A stretch of DNA of 64,000 nt from Octopus vulgaris (lineage: Eukaryota). Positions 1-14,291 of the stretch are shown in pieces. A model generated the notes under the pieces. The model searched no databases. It was not told where the DNA came from and was given only the letters and a program-made list of their open reading frames with translations. The stretch is taken from the NCBI GenBank assembly GCA_951406725.2, contig OX597822.1, positions 81,282,001-81,346,000 of the forward strand, written 5' to 3'. The position numbers and the translations under genes are program-made. Each line of letters begins with the position of its first letter. The stretch's first letter is position 1.

Positions 1-150
1 TTTTAAGGCGATTGGGTCGACCGAAAAGAACCTACAGCAAGGGTGACCTCGGCAAGATTTCAATGCAAGTTAAAAACCAGAAGTCATAACCGAAGACATT
101 TACTCCAACAATAGTGATACTGGCACATAATTTCTTCTAATTTTAGCACA

Positions 151-570
151 GGGCAGGCTTGGCTATGTGGAAAGAAGTTTACTCCCCAGCCACATGGATC
201 CGAGTTCAGTCCCACAATCTGGAACCTTGGGCAAATATATTTTATTATATCCACGGGCTGGGCAAGGCCTTATAAGTGAATTTGGAAAGCGGAAACTGAA
301 AGACTCCCTTCGTATATTTATATATATATGTGTGTGTGTGTGTGAGAGAGGGGGTGTTTTTGTGTCTGTGCTTGTTCCCCACAACTTCTTAACCGGTTTT
401 GGTTTGTTTACGTCCCCGTTACTAAGCAGTTCGAAATAAAAACCGATAAAATAAGAGCCAGGCTTTTAAAACAGCAGTACTGAGGTTGATTCATTCGAGT
501 AAAACTATTTCTCAAGGCGGTGCCCCAGCATGGCCTCAGATTAATGACTGAAACAAACTATAAAAGAAAA
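151..570 (+). mobile_element. SINE type A (tRNA-like head, CORE-like central segment, internal (TG)n, LINE-like 3' tail)
   Basis: A/B-box-like head (tggctatgtgg...gagttcagtccc), 'accttgggcaa' segment and tail 'ggcggtgccccagcatggcc..gactgaaac'; about 15 related copies in the window. Confidence 0.85.
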
Positions 571-596
571 TATTAAAAAAGGAGCCAGTAACTTTG

Positions 597-690
597 AGAA
601 AAGAATATCGATTACATCGATCCCAGTGCTCAATCGGTGATTATTCTATCAACCTCCGAAAGGATGAAAGGCAAAGTCGACTTCGGTGGC
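597..690 (-). mobile_element. SINE type B fragment
   Basis: reverse complement of 'gtcgactttgcctttcatcctttcgg', shared with 52020-52248. Confidence 0.7.
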
Positions 691-736
691 AGCCATGATA
701 CTGCGAAATAATAATAGCGATTATAACAACAATGGT

Positions 737-781
<45 letters not shown>

Positions 782-923
782 TTGTGCTTGTGTGTGTGTG
801 TGTGTTTCACCATAAGAGTAATAAGAAGAAAAAAGCATTACAAATTCAAAGGTTATTAATATAACTTGAATTGGAAGTTGATTTTTGGATATGATGAGGA
901 CGTAGAAGAAATAACATTATAAG

Positions 924-960
924 CCGCAGCAGCAGCAGCAGCAGCAGCAACAGCAGTAGC

Positions 961-1030
<70 letters not shown>
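924..1030. repeat. compound (CAG)n-(TAG)n microsatellite
   Basis: direct reading. Confidence 0.95.
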
Positions 1031-1163
1031 AAACTATCAATCGACCCAAGAGCAAATAGCTGAGAAATGAAAATAAAAAAATAAAAAACAAATGAGAAAA
1101 ATAATGTAATAATCTATGTTTAACTGATCTTAAAACTTCTATAGAAGAATGTCATGAATAATA

Positions 1164-1359
<196 letters not shown>

Positions 1360-2312
1360 GAGGTGATGGTGGTAAGTCGTAATATGTTAGTGAGTGGAAG
1401 AAAAATCAGAAACGGTTGCAAGATAACTAAGGCCATCTACAATCGCTTATGTTTCACGATTATTTCAGAACAGACGAGAAATAATTGGCCGACATGTTTT
1501 TTTTTTCATTTCATTTTTTTTTTGCTTCTCTACTCTTATATATTGTATTTATATATTTATATATTTATGTTTTACATTTTTATATGTATCTTACTCTTTT
1601 AAATATGTTTCGTTTGCTTTTTATGCATTCATTCAACTAAAAACAAAAAAAAAAAAAAAAAAGAAAGCCAGAACAAAACGGGAAACGATGCAAAAGAGAC
1701 GATAAAATATGAAAGATATCTTCATTGAGTCTCTTTATCAGAAAAAGAAAAATAAATGATTTTGCGCTTTATTATGGCTGGTTGTTTTATCGATGTGTTC
1801 TTTTCTGATATTTTTTTTTTTTGGTGTTTTGTTGTTTTTGAATTAGATTTAGAGTTTGTGTGTGTCTGTGAGAACGTGGTTATCTATGGAAAATGTGTGT
1901 GGGTGTATGTGTCGTAAATATGTGTGAATATATGTTGTGAACACGTATGTGCCTTACAATTATGTATGAGTCCGGTTGCCAGTGTTAGTGTTAGTGTGTG
2001 TGCGCGTATGTTGGGGGATGTATGTGTTTGAGTTTCCTTTTATATAATCTTTGTTATTGTCTGTTTTTGAAACACATGAAATATTCAGCTATAATTGTTC
2101 TTAGCATGTTGTGTTGTTATCGTTTCCAAAAGTTATTGGATTCTTTCGGTTCAACTTAGACGCACATACCTACGTACACACACACACACGTACACAGACA
2201 CATACGTACATTTGTACACATACTCATATACAAACACATATATATTATACTAGTATGTATTTCAATGTGTTTGAGTGATGTTTATCTCAAACGAATATAG
2301 AATCACATGCAT

Positions 2313-2357
<45 letters not shown>

Positions 2358-2533
2358 ATATATATATATATACATATATACATATATTTATATATTATAT
2401 ATTATATATGTATATATATCTAATATATATATATATTATATATATTATATATATGTATATATTATATGTGCGTGTGTGTGTGTGTATGTATATATATATA
2501 TAATTTATATATACTATGTGCGCAAATTACTTA

Positions 2534-2569
<36 letters not shown>

Positions 2570-2799
2570 TGTATGTATGTTTGTTTGTATGTACGTATAT
2601 GCAATTTTATACATATAGATATCGATATATATGATATAACTTTAAGCATAAGTGCGTCGACTAATATGTGTATATGTATCTACATATTGATACATGTATA
2701 TATATAATATTGTACTTATTTAAACGCGTATAGAAGTTGATATATATACATATATATACATACACACACATACATATTCATACATGTATATACATATAA

Positions 2800-2848
<49 letters not shown>

Positions 2849-2914
2849 TATATACATGCATACAAACATATATGTACACATAGATGCACGGGTGTGCTGC
2901 ATATGTTTGTCTGT

Positions 2915-3110
2915 TGCCAGAAAGGAGAATTATTAGAAAGTCAGACAGATTACTTAGCGGCGTTTCTTTTTGCTCTTTACGTCCCTAGTTGAAATTGCAC
3001 CGAGGTCGACTTTGCTTTTCATTCTTTCGGGAACCAGAACACAGGTAGCGGCTGAACACTAGGATTTGATGTAATTGACTAATAACCGCCACCAAAATTC
3101 CACTCCTTAT
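2915..3110 (+). mobile_element. SINE type B, diverged
   Basis: 'cgaggtcgactttgcttttcattctttcggg' core preceded by a tRNA-like head. Confidence 0.7.
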
Positions 3111-3600
3111 GATAGAGATGCCTACAATAAAAATTATTATTGCGCTCGCTACCCTCTATAGAGTCGGGCATTGCAGTAAGTGGAAGTTCTATGGTAGCGA
3201 TATATAAATATCTAGGGGTGGGTAAGAGTGATAACATTCCTAGGGAAACTCTAAGCGTCGATGAGGATTAACAAACTGGCTTGTTATGAGGGGGTCCACG
3301 AGCTTAGTATTGCCATGGCCTGCCCAGAAATCCCTGGCCTATCAGTGCCACCGAGAAGCACTGCCGGTTCGAGATAAGCTCTACAGGCACAGAAGTGCGC
3401 GGAAGACGGGTGACTGTGATGGAAAGGGTTTGGGTGGATGGACCTAGTCTAAGCGTGCGTCTGTAGATTGGAGAGCAACATTTGGAAGAGGACCCGTGAC
3501 TTTTGTGTTCAGAGTAATCCTGCATCTGTCGATGAATCAAGTACCAATGAATCGACTAGTCTCCTCCCAAATTCCAGGCTTTGTGCCTTTTGTAGACAGG

Positions 3601-3862
<262 letters not shown>

Positions 3863-3864
3863 AG

Positions 3865-4035
3865 TTGTCGAGCACACGGGCAAAATACTTAGCGGCATCT
3901 TGTCTGCCTTTACTTTACGAGTTCCATTCCCGCCGATGTCGATTTTGATATTTACCCTCACGGGGAGCTATAAAATGAGCACCAATTAAGCACTGCTGTC
4001 GATGTAAATGATCAACCCACCTCTCTCAAAATCTC
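3865..4035 (+). mobile_element. SINE type B, diverged
   Basis: 'cacacgggcaaaatacttagcggcat...gccgatgtcgattttg' aligns by eye with 52020-52190. Confidence 0.6.
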
Positions 4036-4059
4036 AATGGAAAAGAGTATCATTATTAT

Positions 4060-4315
4060 TACTATTATGAGGGTTTTTTTTTCCTTCTCTGGCATCGTAA
4101 ATGCCTTGCGATGCCACATTTCCTCGATTTCAATGAAGATGTCTTTATATTTTCTGAGCTTGTCAAATTCTTTTGCTGAGATAGTATGATCACAACGAAT
4201 ACACAAGTCGATCAATAAACAGACTTTATTGTTTTAGTCTTTCACAACATTATCTGGTTTATTATCTTTGATGACTCTCTCTGTATGTACTGGGAAGTCC
4301 CAAACAATCGTTACA
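4060..4315 (-). pseudogene. restriction-like endonuclease (RLE) domain fragment of a non-LTR retrotransposon (R4/Dong-like)
   Basis: minus translation 'IVWDFPVHTERVIKDNKPDNVVKD*...LIDLCIRCDHTISAKEFDKLRKYKDIFIEIEEMW' fits the PD..D..K..KY RLE pattern; contains a stop. Confidence 0.8.
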
Positions 4316-4326
4316 TTATTATTATA

Positions 4327-4389
<63 letters not shown>

Positions 4390-4393
4390 TACA

Positions 4394-4822
4394 ACAGTAT
4401 ACAACCACTCTATCGCTCCACCACCGCTCATGTCTCTTTGAGACATTTAGAAATTCAATATTTCTAATTACGGTGACCAGTGAATAGATTTCACTGTAAA
4501 TATATATATTTGCGAAGGCTAGACAGGCATCTCAACTAGCAGGTCTCACTATCCTGGACTGATGACGGGTAAGACCCAGAAACATGCATGTCTTCAGGTG
4601 TGAATCCTAGTTGGTGGAGGTGCTTGCCTCCCCTTCGCAAATATAAGGACACAGGAAATGTGTCAAAGTCGACAGGAAGCGTCGATGCTTCCTAGGCCTA
4701 AACAGCGGTGGTGTAATTCCCTTACGGGACTGTCACGTTATGCTGACAGTATACAACCACTCTATCGCTCCACCACCGCTCATGTCTCTTTGAGACATTT
4801 AGAAATTCAATATTTCTAATTA
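4394..4822 (+). mobile_element. retrozyme-like element: 352-bp unit plus 77-bp terminal direct repeat, inserted in (ATT)n
   Basis: 4394-4470 is identical to 4746-4822; internal hammerhead; many hairpins; (ATT)n on both sides. Confidence 0.75.
4553..4598 (+). ncRNA. type I hammerhead ribozyme motif
   Basis: stem I CCUGGA/UUCAGG; CUGAUGA 4559-4565; stem II C-GGGU-AAG-ACCC-A; GAAA 4579-4582; palindromic stem III CAUGCAUG; GUC site at 4592. Confidence 0.85.
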
Positions 4823-4829
4823 TTATTAT

Positions 4830-5380
4830 TATTTACTTTTAATTCGTATGCTTGCTACAATCACTTGCGGATACACACCCAGGGGCGAGTGAAGGACAAG
4901 AAATCTTACAGTATGACTAAAACTTTGGTGAGGGGAAGTGGCAGGGGCAGTAGCGAAATATTTTTATGTAATACAACACAGAGAATTAAATTAATTGAAT
5001 TTTCTAGGGATGTGGGCAGTACTTGTCAGTGTAATATTTTGGATTTCTCTGAGACATGGTTCTCCTGGGATATTATCTAGATGTTTCTGACATCCCTTTC
5101 TTATTATGCCCAGGGCACCCACAATAACAGGAACAGTTCTCGCTTTAAGATGCCACATCTTTTGTATTTCAATTTCCAGGTCCCTATATTTACTTAATTT
5201 GTCAAATTCCTTTACAGATATATTTTTATCAGTGGAAACACTTACATCTATTAGTCAACAAATATTATTTTCTTCCTAGTTTTTAATAACTATGTCTGGT
5301 CCATTAGCCTGGATCGCTCTATTGGTGTTGAGTGGAAAATCTCAGATGATAGTGACATTTTTACCTTCAACGACTGGCTT
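4830..5380 (-). mobile_element. 3' end of RLE-type LINE (R4/Dong-like), decayed
   Basis: minus translation 'ANGPDIVIKN*...LIDVSVSTDKNISVKEFDKLSKYRDLEIEIQKMWHLKARTVPVIVGALG' followed by a UTR ending in (AAT)n. Confidence 0.8.
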
Positions 5381-5422
5381 TCATCCTACACAAGCCTGAC
5401 CTTCTTACTTCTAATAATAGCG

Positions 5423-5467
<45 letters not shown>

Positions 5468-5938
5468 GAGCGAGAGAGCAGTGCATGCCATCAAAGTGAC
5501 ACTGAGGTAAAATATACGAAGCCCAATATACCCATCATGACTACCCGTCTGATAATGGTGGACTAGGTACATGCATCACAACCATATGTGCGCGACATGG
5601 TGATATCACATCAAGATAAACAGCGCATGACCTTGCAGGTGGGGCCCACTTAGAAATTTCTTCTGGTTGAGTAACCCATCCCGCTCAAAAGGTCCCTGAA
5701 TAAAGGTTGTTTAAGGATGTTGAACGAACCACCTATGTTTCCAAAGGTGAATTATTCAAACCCCAAAGAATCCCTCTCAACACATGGCTATGATGCTCCC
5801 CCACTACTTCTGCTCGTGATCAGAGATGCACATATCGTCAGCCACTAAGGGACTTGCTCAACTGGTTAAGGTCAAACAACTAACAAGCAAATCTGTGGTA
5901 TTGAGCAGAATATTTGCTGTAGCCCATCTTTTATACCA
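5468..5938 (-). mobile_element. non-coding interspersed element in (ATT)n, shorter copy
   Basis: highly similar to 6451-6920; flanked by (ATT)n. Confidence 0.8.
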
Positions 5939-5978
5939 TTATTATTATTGTTATTATTATTATTATTATCATTATTAT

Positions 5979-6028
<50 letters not shown>

Positions 6029-6186
6029 TCATCATCATCATCATTATTATTATCATTATTCTTATCATCATTATTATCATTATCATTATTATTATTATTG
6101 TTATTATTATTATTATTATCATTATTATTATTATCATTATTATTATTGTAATCATTATTATTATCATTATTATCATTATTATCATC

Positions 6187-6218
<32 letters not shown>

Positions 6219-6247
6219 CATTATTATTATCACTATCATCATCATCA

Positions 6248-6315
<68 letters not shown>

Positions 6316-6450
6316 TTCATTATTATTATTAATATTATCATTATTATTATCACTATTATTAGTATTATTATCATTATTATTATTATTAATATTATTAATA
6401 CTACTATTATTCTCATTATCATTATCATTATCATTGTTATTATCATTATT
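5939..6450. repeat. degenerate (ATT/ATC/AGT)n microsatellite block
   Basis: direct reading; explains the N/D/I-rich ORFs. Confidence 0.95.
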
Positions 6451-7007
6451 GAGTGAGAGAGCAGTGCATGCCATCAAAGTGACACTGGGGTAAAATATAC
6501 GAAGCCCAATATACCCATCATAACTACCCGTCTGATAAGGGTACACCAGGCACATGCATCACAACCATATGTGCGCGACATGGTGATCTCATATCAAGAT
6601 AAACAGCACATGACCTTGCAGGTGGGGCCCAGTTAGAATTTTCTTCGGGTTGAGTAGCCCATCCCGCTCAAAAGGTCCCTGAATAAGGGTTGTTTAAGGA
6701 TGTTGAAAGAACCACCCATGTTTCCAAAGGTGAATTATTCAAACCCAAAGAATCCCTCTCAACACATGGCTATGATGCTCCCCCACTACTTCTGCTTGTG
6801 ATCAGAAATGCACATATCGTCAGCCACTAAGGGACATGCTCAACTGGTTACGGTCAAACAACTGACAAGCAAATCTGTGGTATTGAGCAGAATATTTGCT
6901 GTAGCCCATCTTTTATACCAAGACAAAACAATGTACATGATAACACTTCCAATCAGTTAAGATCAGAAGCCATGAGAGCCACTGCCTGGTACTGCATCAG
7001 GGCATTT
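6451..7007 (-). mobile_element. non-coding interspersed element in (ATT)n, longer copy
   Basis: same sequence as 5468-5938 plus about 85 bp extra at the right end. Confidence 0.8.
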
Positions 7008-7208
7008 ATCATTATTATTATTATCATCTAAAGCGAAGGTCTGTCAGTCTGGTGACGTGGGTGATGTGTTGATGGAGATATTTCTGATGTGGTTGCTGAT
7101 TTCTTGTTTCCTTTTCTAATTTGCTTCGTTTGTTCCTGATTTGTTTTTCCCAATTGTTTTCCTTTGTTTTATGTTGTTGTGTTTGTTTGATTTCAGTCTG
7201 TGTGTCTG

Positions 7209-7279
<71 letters not shown>

Positions 7280-7877
7280 TTATTTCCTACGCGTGATGAA
7301 AAACATTAATTTTGTTGTTATTTCTGTTGTGTGTTTGTTTCATTGTTTTTGATTTGTCTTTTTTCTTTTCTCTATCTGTTTTTTTTTAAAGATACTTCGA
7401 AAAATGTTAACCAACTACAAGAGAAATTCATATAAGTTGACTAAGGTGAGAGTGTCCAGTAGCAAGTATTTGAACAGCATGGTCAAATACTATCAAATTC
7501 CATACCACATAAATTCTTGTTTTCCTACTATTGTCCCTGATTATTAATGATGCATCAATAATGCAAGTAGCAATTAAGACGAGTTCTACCTGAGAAGGGG
7601 TGATATTCTCCAGGTGTATGATGATCCCAAATGTAACCTTCTATTAAAGACAAAAGACAGGTTTATTGTCTGGGGATGAGTGGACAGTAGTGAGCACGTG
7701 ATTTTGACTCAATATTTGTTATCATCAGCGCAATATCCCGACCATATCTCCTCTGTCCAAATGACTTTCTGTCCTAGGGACTTAGACTTAAGGAAAAGAA
7801 CAAAAAACACATTCATGGCCACGTCATTTACATTTACCCGTTGACACCAACGCAAGACAACAATGCTCAATGTTGCA

Positions 7878-8071
<194 letters not shown>

Positions 8072-8107
8072 AACTCAGAATGTAGTAGAACTCGTAGTAG
8101 AACTCGC

Positions 8108-8261
8108 TACGTTCTGAGTTTAAATTCCGCCGAGGTCGACTTTGCCTTTCATCCTTAATAAGTACCAGTTACGGACTGGGGGTCGATGTAATCGACTTAA
8201 TCCGTTTGTCTGTCCTTGTTTGTCCCCTCTGTGTTTAGCCCCTTGTGGGTGATGAAGAAAT

Positions 8262-8262
<1 letters not shown>
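8108..8262 (+). mobile_element. SINE type B, 5'-truncated
   Basis: near-identical to 52084-52248 with a small internal deletion. Confidence 0.85.
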
Positions 8263-8309
<47 letters not shown>

Positions 8310-8754
8310 CAGTAGTAGTAGTAATAGCAGCAGCAGTAGCAGCAGCAGCAGTAGTAGTAGTAGTAGTTGTAGAAAGAGGAGGAGGAGGGGAATGTGTGGA
8401 AGGGTTGGGTTTTTTTGTTGTAGCTGTTGTTGCTATCATTATTTGGCTACATGTCGCTCGGTGCATGCAAACCTTAACCTAATGTTAAACATATTACAGA
8501 GATCGCCATGTCATCTTTTGAAAACCTATTTTGTCCTTCGTTATTTACTCCTCCATTATTTCATAATAGACTTAACTCTACATTTTTATTACATCGAACC
8601 TTCCACCGAGATGCTGAAGTATAAAACAACAACCGTGAACGGATTTAATAAAAGGAAAACAAAACATTCCAGAAACATGGATGGAAAAAAGAAAAAAAAG
8701 CTAACAACCGGAAGTTATAACACCCGATGACTTCTCCCAGTGTATTGGATAGAA

Positions 8755-9133
8755 GCACTCCGTCGGTTCCGACGACGAGGGTTCCGGTTGATCCGATCAA
8801 CGGAACAGTCTGCTCGTGAAATTAACGTGTAAGTGGCTGAGCATTCCACAGACACGTGTGCCCTTAACGTAGTTCTCGGGGATATTCAGCGTGACACAGA
8901 GAGTGACAAGGCCGGCCCTTTGAAATACAGGTACAACAGAAACAGGAAATAAGAGTGAGAGAAAGTTGTGGTGAAAGAGTACAGTAGGGATCACCAGCAT
9001 CCCTGCCCGGAGCCTCGTGGAGCCTTAGGTGTTTTCGCTCAATAAACACTCACAACGCCCGGTCTGGGAATCGAAACCGCGATCCTACGACCGCGAGTCC
9101 GCTGCCCTAACCACTGGGCCATTGCGCCTCCAC
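8755..9133 (-). mobile_element. SINE type C (tRNA-like head at right end)
   Basis: minus head 'ggaggcgcaatggcccagtggttaggg...ggtttcgattccc'; tail shared with 55612-55800. Confidence 0.85.
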
Positions 9134-9624
9134 CCCAGTGTATTATCTCCATGTCTTTATCAGATCTATGACTGCGTCTGAGAGTCGAGAACTGGATTCA
9201 TATTCGTTTCGAAAAATGTACTTAGAAATATTCTTCTTTCCACAGACATTCTCCAGAGTCTGCGAGACTGACGAATGCCAATTGCGATCATTGTCATATT
9301 TTCCAAAGTTTCTTTCTTTTAAGACAAGATTGTGTGAGGAATATGAGGAATACTTGGCTACTATTTTAGCAGAATTGGTGACTACTTAGAAGCTTCCAAG
9401 CTGGATTAACTATTCTCTCTCTCATTCTATTTCCTTCGCTCTATCTTTCTCTCTTTCTCTCTTTCTCTCTTTCTCTCTTTCTCTCTTTCTTTCTTTGTAT
9501 ATATATATATATATATAGAAATTCAGGGTGAGTACTTGATAATTGTAAGCACCTGTATATACCGTGTGATGGTGTAGGTGGTGGAGTAAATTAATCAAAA
9601 TAAAAACATGATGCCAAGGATTCA

Positions 9625-9702
9625 GCGGTACATATGTTTCGGGCCTTTATTAGACGGATTTATAACAATGCATAATGTGTGTCTATGGCCTTCTTCAGCC
9701 GC
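9625..9702 (-). ncRNA. type I hammerhead ribozyme motif with long stem II
   Basis: GCGG-CUGAAGA-A-GGCC..(UAGAC/GUCUA)..GGCC-C-GAAA-CAUAUG-UA-CCGC. Confidence 0.75.
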
Positions 9703-9881
9703 GCACAACTACTACCTCAAGGACATGTATTACATCAAAAATTCTACGTTGGAGATGCAAGGACGAGATGGACGCTTCATTTTTATGCTGTTGCCGCATT
9801 ATGTCGTACGCGAATGAGAGGATTTGCATTCCCAACGTAGAAGTTTTGATGTAATACATGTCCTTGAGGTAGTAGTTGTGC

Positions 9882-9959
9882 GCGGCCGAAGAAGGCCATA
9901 GACACACATTATACATTGTTATAAATCCGTCTAATAAAGGCCCGAAACATATGTACCGC
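9882..9959 (+). ncRNA. type I hammerhead motif, inverted copy with U4C core change
   Basis: GCGG-CCGAAGA-A-GGCC...GGCC-C-GAAA-CAUAUG-UA-CCGC. Confidence 0.65.
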
Positions 9960-10000
9960 TGAATCCTTGGCATCATGTTTTTATTTTGATTAATTTATTT

Positions 10001-10032
<32 letters not shown>

Positions 10033-10269
10033 AAGAGAAAGAATGAGAGAGAGAGAGGAGACTCATATACCAATACACAAACACACACATATACACACAC
10101 ACTCAAACAAACATTTCTATGTTTGTATGTGTGCGTGAATGTATGTATGTATGTATGGATGGATGGATGGATGGATGGATGGATGGATGGATGGATGGAT
10201 GGATGGATGAATGGATGGATGAGTGGATGGATGTATATATGTATGTATGGATGGATGGATGTATGTATG

Positions 10270-10730
10270 TCCTTTTTCAGTTTTATTTCAAGGTTCCTTG
10301 CCAAAAGAGAAAGAGCCGGTTTCTAACCTAGATCCAAGGCTCCTTTATTGGAATTTCAACGTCAATAACAGGGTATTTATTTTATGTATGTACGGATGTA
10401 TGTATGTGCAGATTTGTATGTTTTATGTATGCATTCTCATGTATATAGTCGCATATCTAGACATGCTCGTATATATTTAAATGATAAACTTCTGGAAAGT
10501 TTTACAGATTTTTACATTTCCGGTGATAGACAGGATATGTAGTCTTCGAATTAGCTTTCCGTTTTCTGGTTTTGAGAAGACTAATTTCTCAAGATTGGTA
10601 TTCAGGCAATGTTACATATCCCAGTGCCCCAATAATTACAGGTACAAACCTGAACTTGTGATCTGGAGAGAGTAACTGCAGATTTCTCAATAGTTCAGCG
10701 TAGGCGTTCTCTTTTTCCACAATTGGGCAC
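10270..10730 (-). mobile_element. 3' end of RLE-type LINE
   Basis: minus translation 'EKENAYAELLRNLQLLSPDHKFRFVPVIIGALGYVT' resembles the RLE C-terminus seen at 5100-5200; UTR ends in (CATA)n/(TCCA)n. Confidence 0.6.
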
Positions 10731-10804
10731 AGTTTCTCTTCTCTATCCTAAATTATTACAACAGGTCTATTGTGTTTACTCTCTTTCTTTCCCTCTCTTT
10801 ACGT

Positions 10805-10883
<79 letters not shown>

Positions 10884-11091
10884 AACACACAAACACACAC
10901 ACACACAATTATATATGCTACGGAATATTTGCAGTTCTGAGTAGGAACAAGGAACTACCCAATAAGCGAAGAGTACAAGTACCAGTATCTATTTAAGCTT
11001 GAGTACTATGTAATTGGATTGTTGTTGATAGCCAGCATGTATACAACTTTATGAGATAATTCGGTATCCACCAGGATAGTTCATCGCTTTT

Positions 11092-11124
<33 letters not shown>

Positions 11125-11132
11125 TGTATATG

Positions 11133-11195
<63 letters not shown>

Positions 11196-11494
11196 GGCAA
11201 GAAGAAAATGGTGGAGATACAGAAATAGCATGCATCAACTGTTAGACATTATATTATGTCTATTTATTTTAAACAATTATGAGAATATAAATACATATGT
11301 AAAGTACTAGCAATTTCTAGAATAGAGAAAGAACAGTTTCTTAGAGCTGTTTCTCCCGAAAGGTCACAATATTTCCATCTTTTCAGTGTACTGTAGTAAT
11401 CGGTAGATAAATTTGAGAGTTTAAAAGAGGGTCTAAAAAGTTCAGAGAGCTAATGAATGTATATATAAATATACATATACACACTCACATATAT

Positions 11495-11538
<44 letters not shown>

Positions 11539-11569
11539 ACACTTGTACAGACATACACACACATATTGA

Positions 11570-11910
11570 GAGACCCCTTTCGGTCACGACACTGACCATG
11601 GGCTTGCACCTAGAAAGTAACCCTTTGAGGCACAAGTCTGGGCAAGGTTGTTTTATTGAAGACCAGCAGTCGCCCATGCATACCAGCCTCCCCTCTTCAC
11701 CCCACTAGCGTTATCCAAAGGGAAAGGCAAAGGGGGCGATACAACTTGGCACCAGTGATGTAGTAACTCATATCTACAGCTGAGTTAACTGGAGCAATGT
11801 GAAATAAAGTGTCTTGCTCAAGAACACAACATGCAGCCCGGTCCGGGATTCGAGATCACAACCTCACGATCGTAAGCTCGATGCTCTAACCACTGAGCCA
11901 CGCGCCTCCA
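11570..11910 (-). mobile_element. SINE type C variant (same head and central part, different tail)
   Basis: 'cagctgagttaactggagcaatgtgaaataaagtgtcttgctcaagaacac' and the tRNA-like head match 55812-55940. Confidence 0.8.
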
Positions 11911-11911
11911 T

Positions 11912-12028
<117 letters not shown>

Positions 12029-12042
12029 GTATATGTATATCT

Positions 12043-12129
<87 letters not shown>

Positions 12130-12639
12130 GGGAGAGATAGACCGCGAGAGAAATGGGGGAAGTTGGAAACTAATTGAAAATAATTCAAGGCATATAAATA
12201 TTAAAAAAATATTCTTTGTAGTATTTGCATGTATATAAAACATAAAAGTATGAATTCTGCTTTTCTACCTGAAGGGATATAGAAGATGTTGGAACTAAAC
12301 AAGTTTCTGCAGAACAATAAATCAGAATAGTTTAAAAGACCATGTGTAAAGAACAAACTTTAATGACTATGGATTCAAATATATGCTCGATGTTTGGAGA
12401 TCAGCCATAACAAAATGTACCGAAAAATTCTGCAGATTTAGGTGTGTTTCGGGCTAAAAATTACAAAATTGCTATTTTCTGCCCTGCCAAGCTTTGCAAT
12501 TTGTTCCCCACACTTTCTTTTTGTTTTTCTCTTCGCCTCTACTTTTCCCGCTTCTTTTTTCTCTTTCTGCTATTCCCTATTATTTATTTTATTTTTTCAT
12601 CTCATCGCCATTTCGAAATATATAGGTGTGTACGAGCGT

Positions 12640-14291
<1,652 letters not shown>

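Larger units (their letters stand above)
9587..9996. repeat. inverted duplication (arms about 9587-9760 and 9824-9996) of a hammerhead-bearing element
   Basis: arms are reverse complements with a few mismatches; the ORF track gives near-identical peptides on opposite strands; homologous to 29655-29910. Confidence 0.9.

Noticed and set aside
6985-7000. Short resemblance of 'cctggtactgca' to the U2 snRNA 3' stem-loop
   Set aside because: Match too short, and no other U2 features (branch-pairing region, Sm site) are present.
9608-9976. Two near-identical ORFs 'MMPRIQRYICFGPLLDG...' on opposite strands
   Set aside because: By-product of the inverted duplication; the conserved feature is the RNA motif, not a protein.
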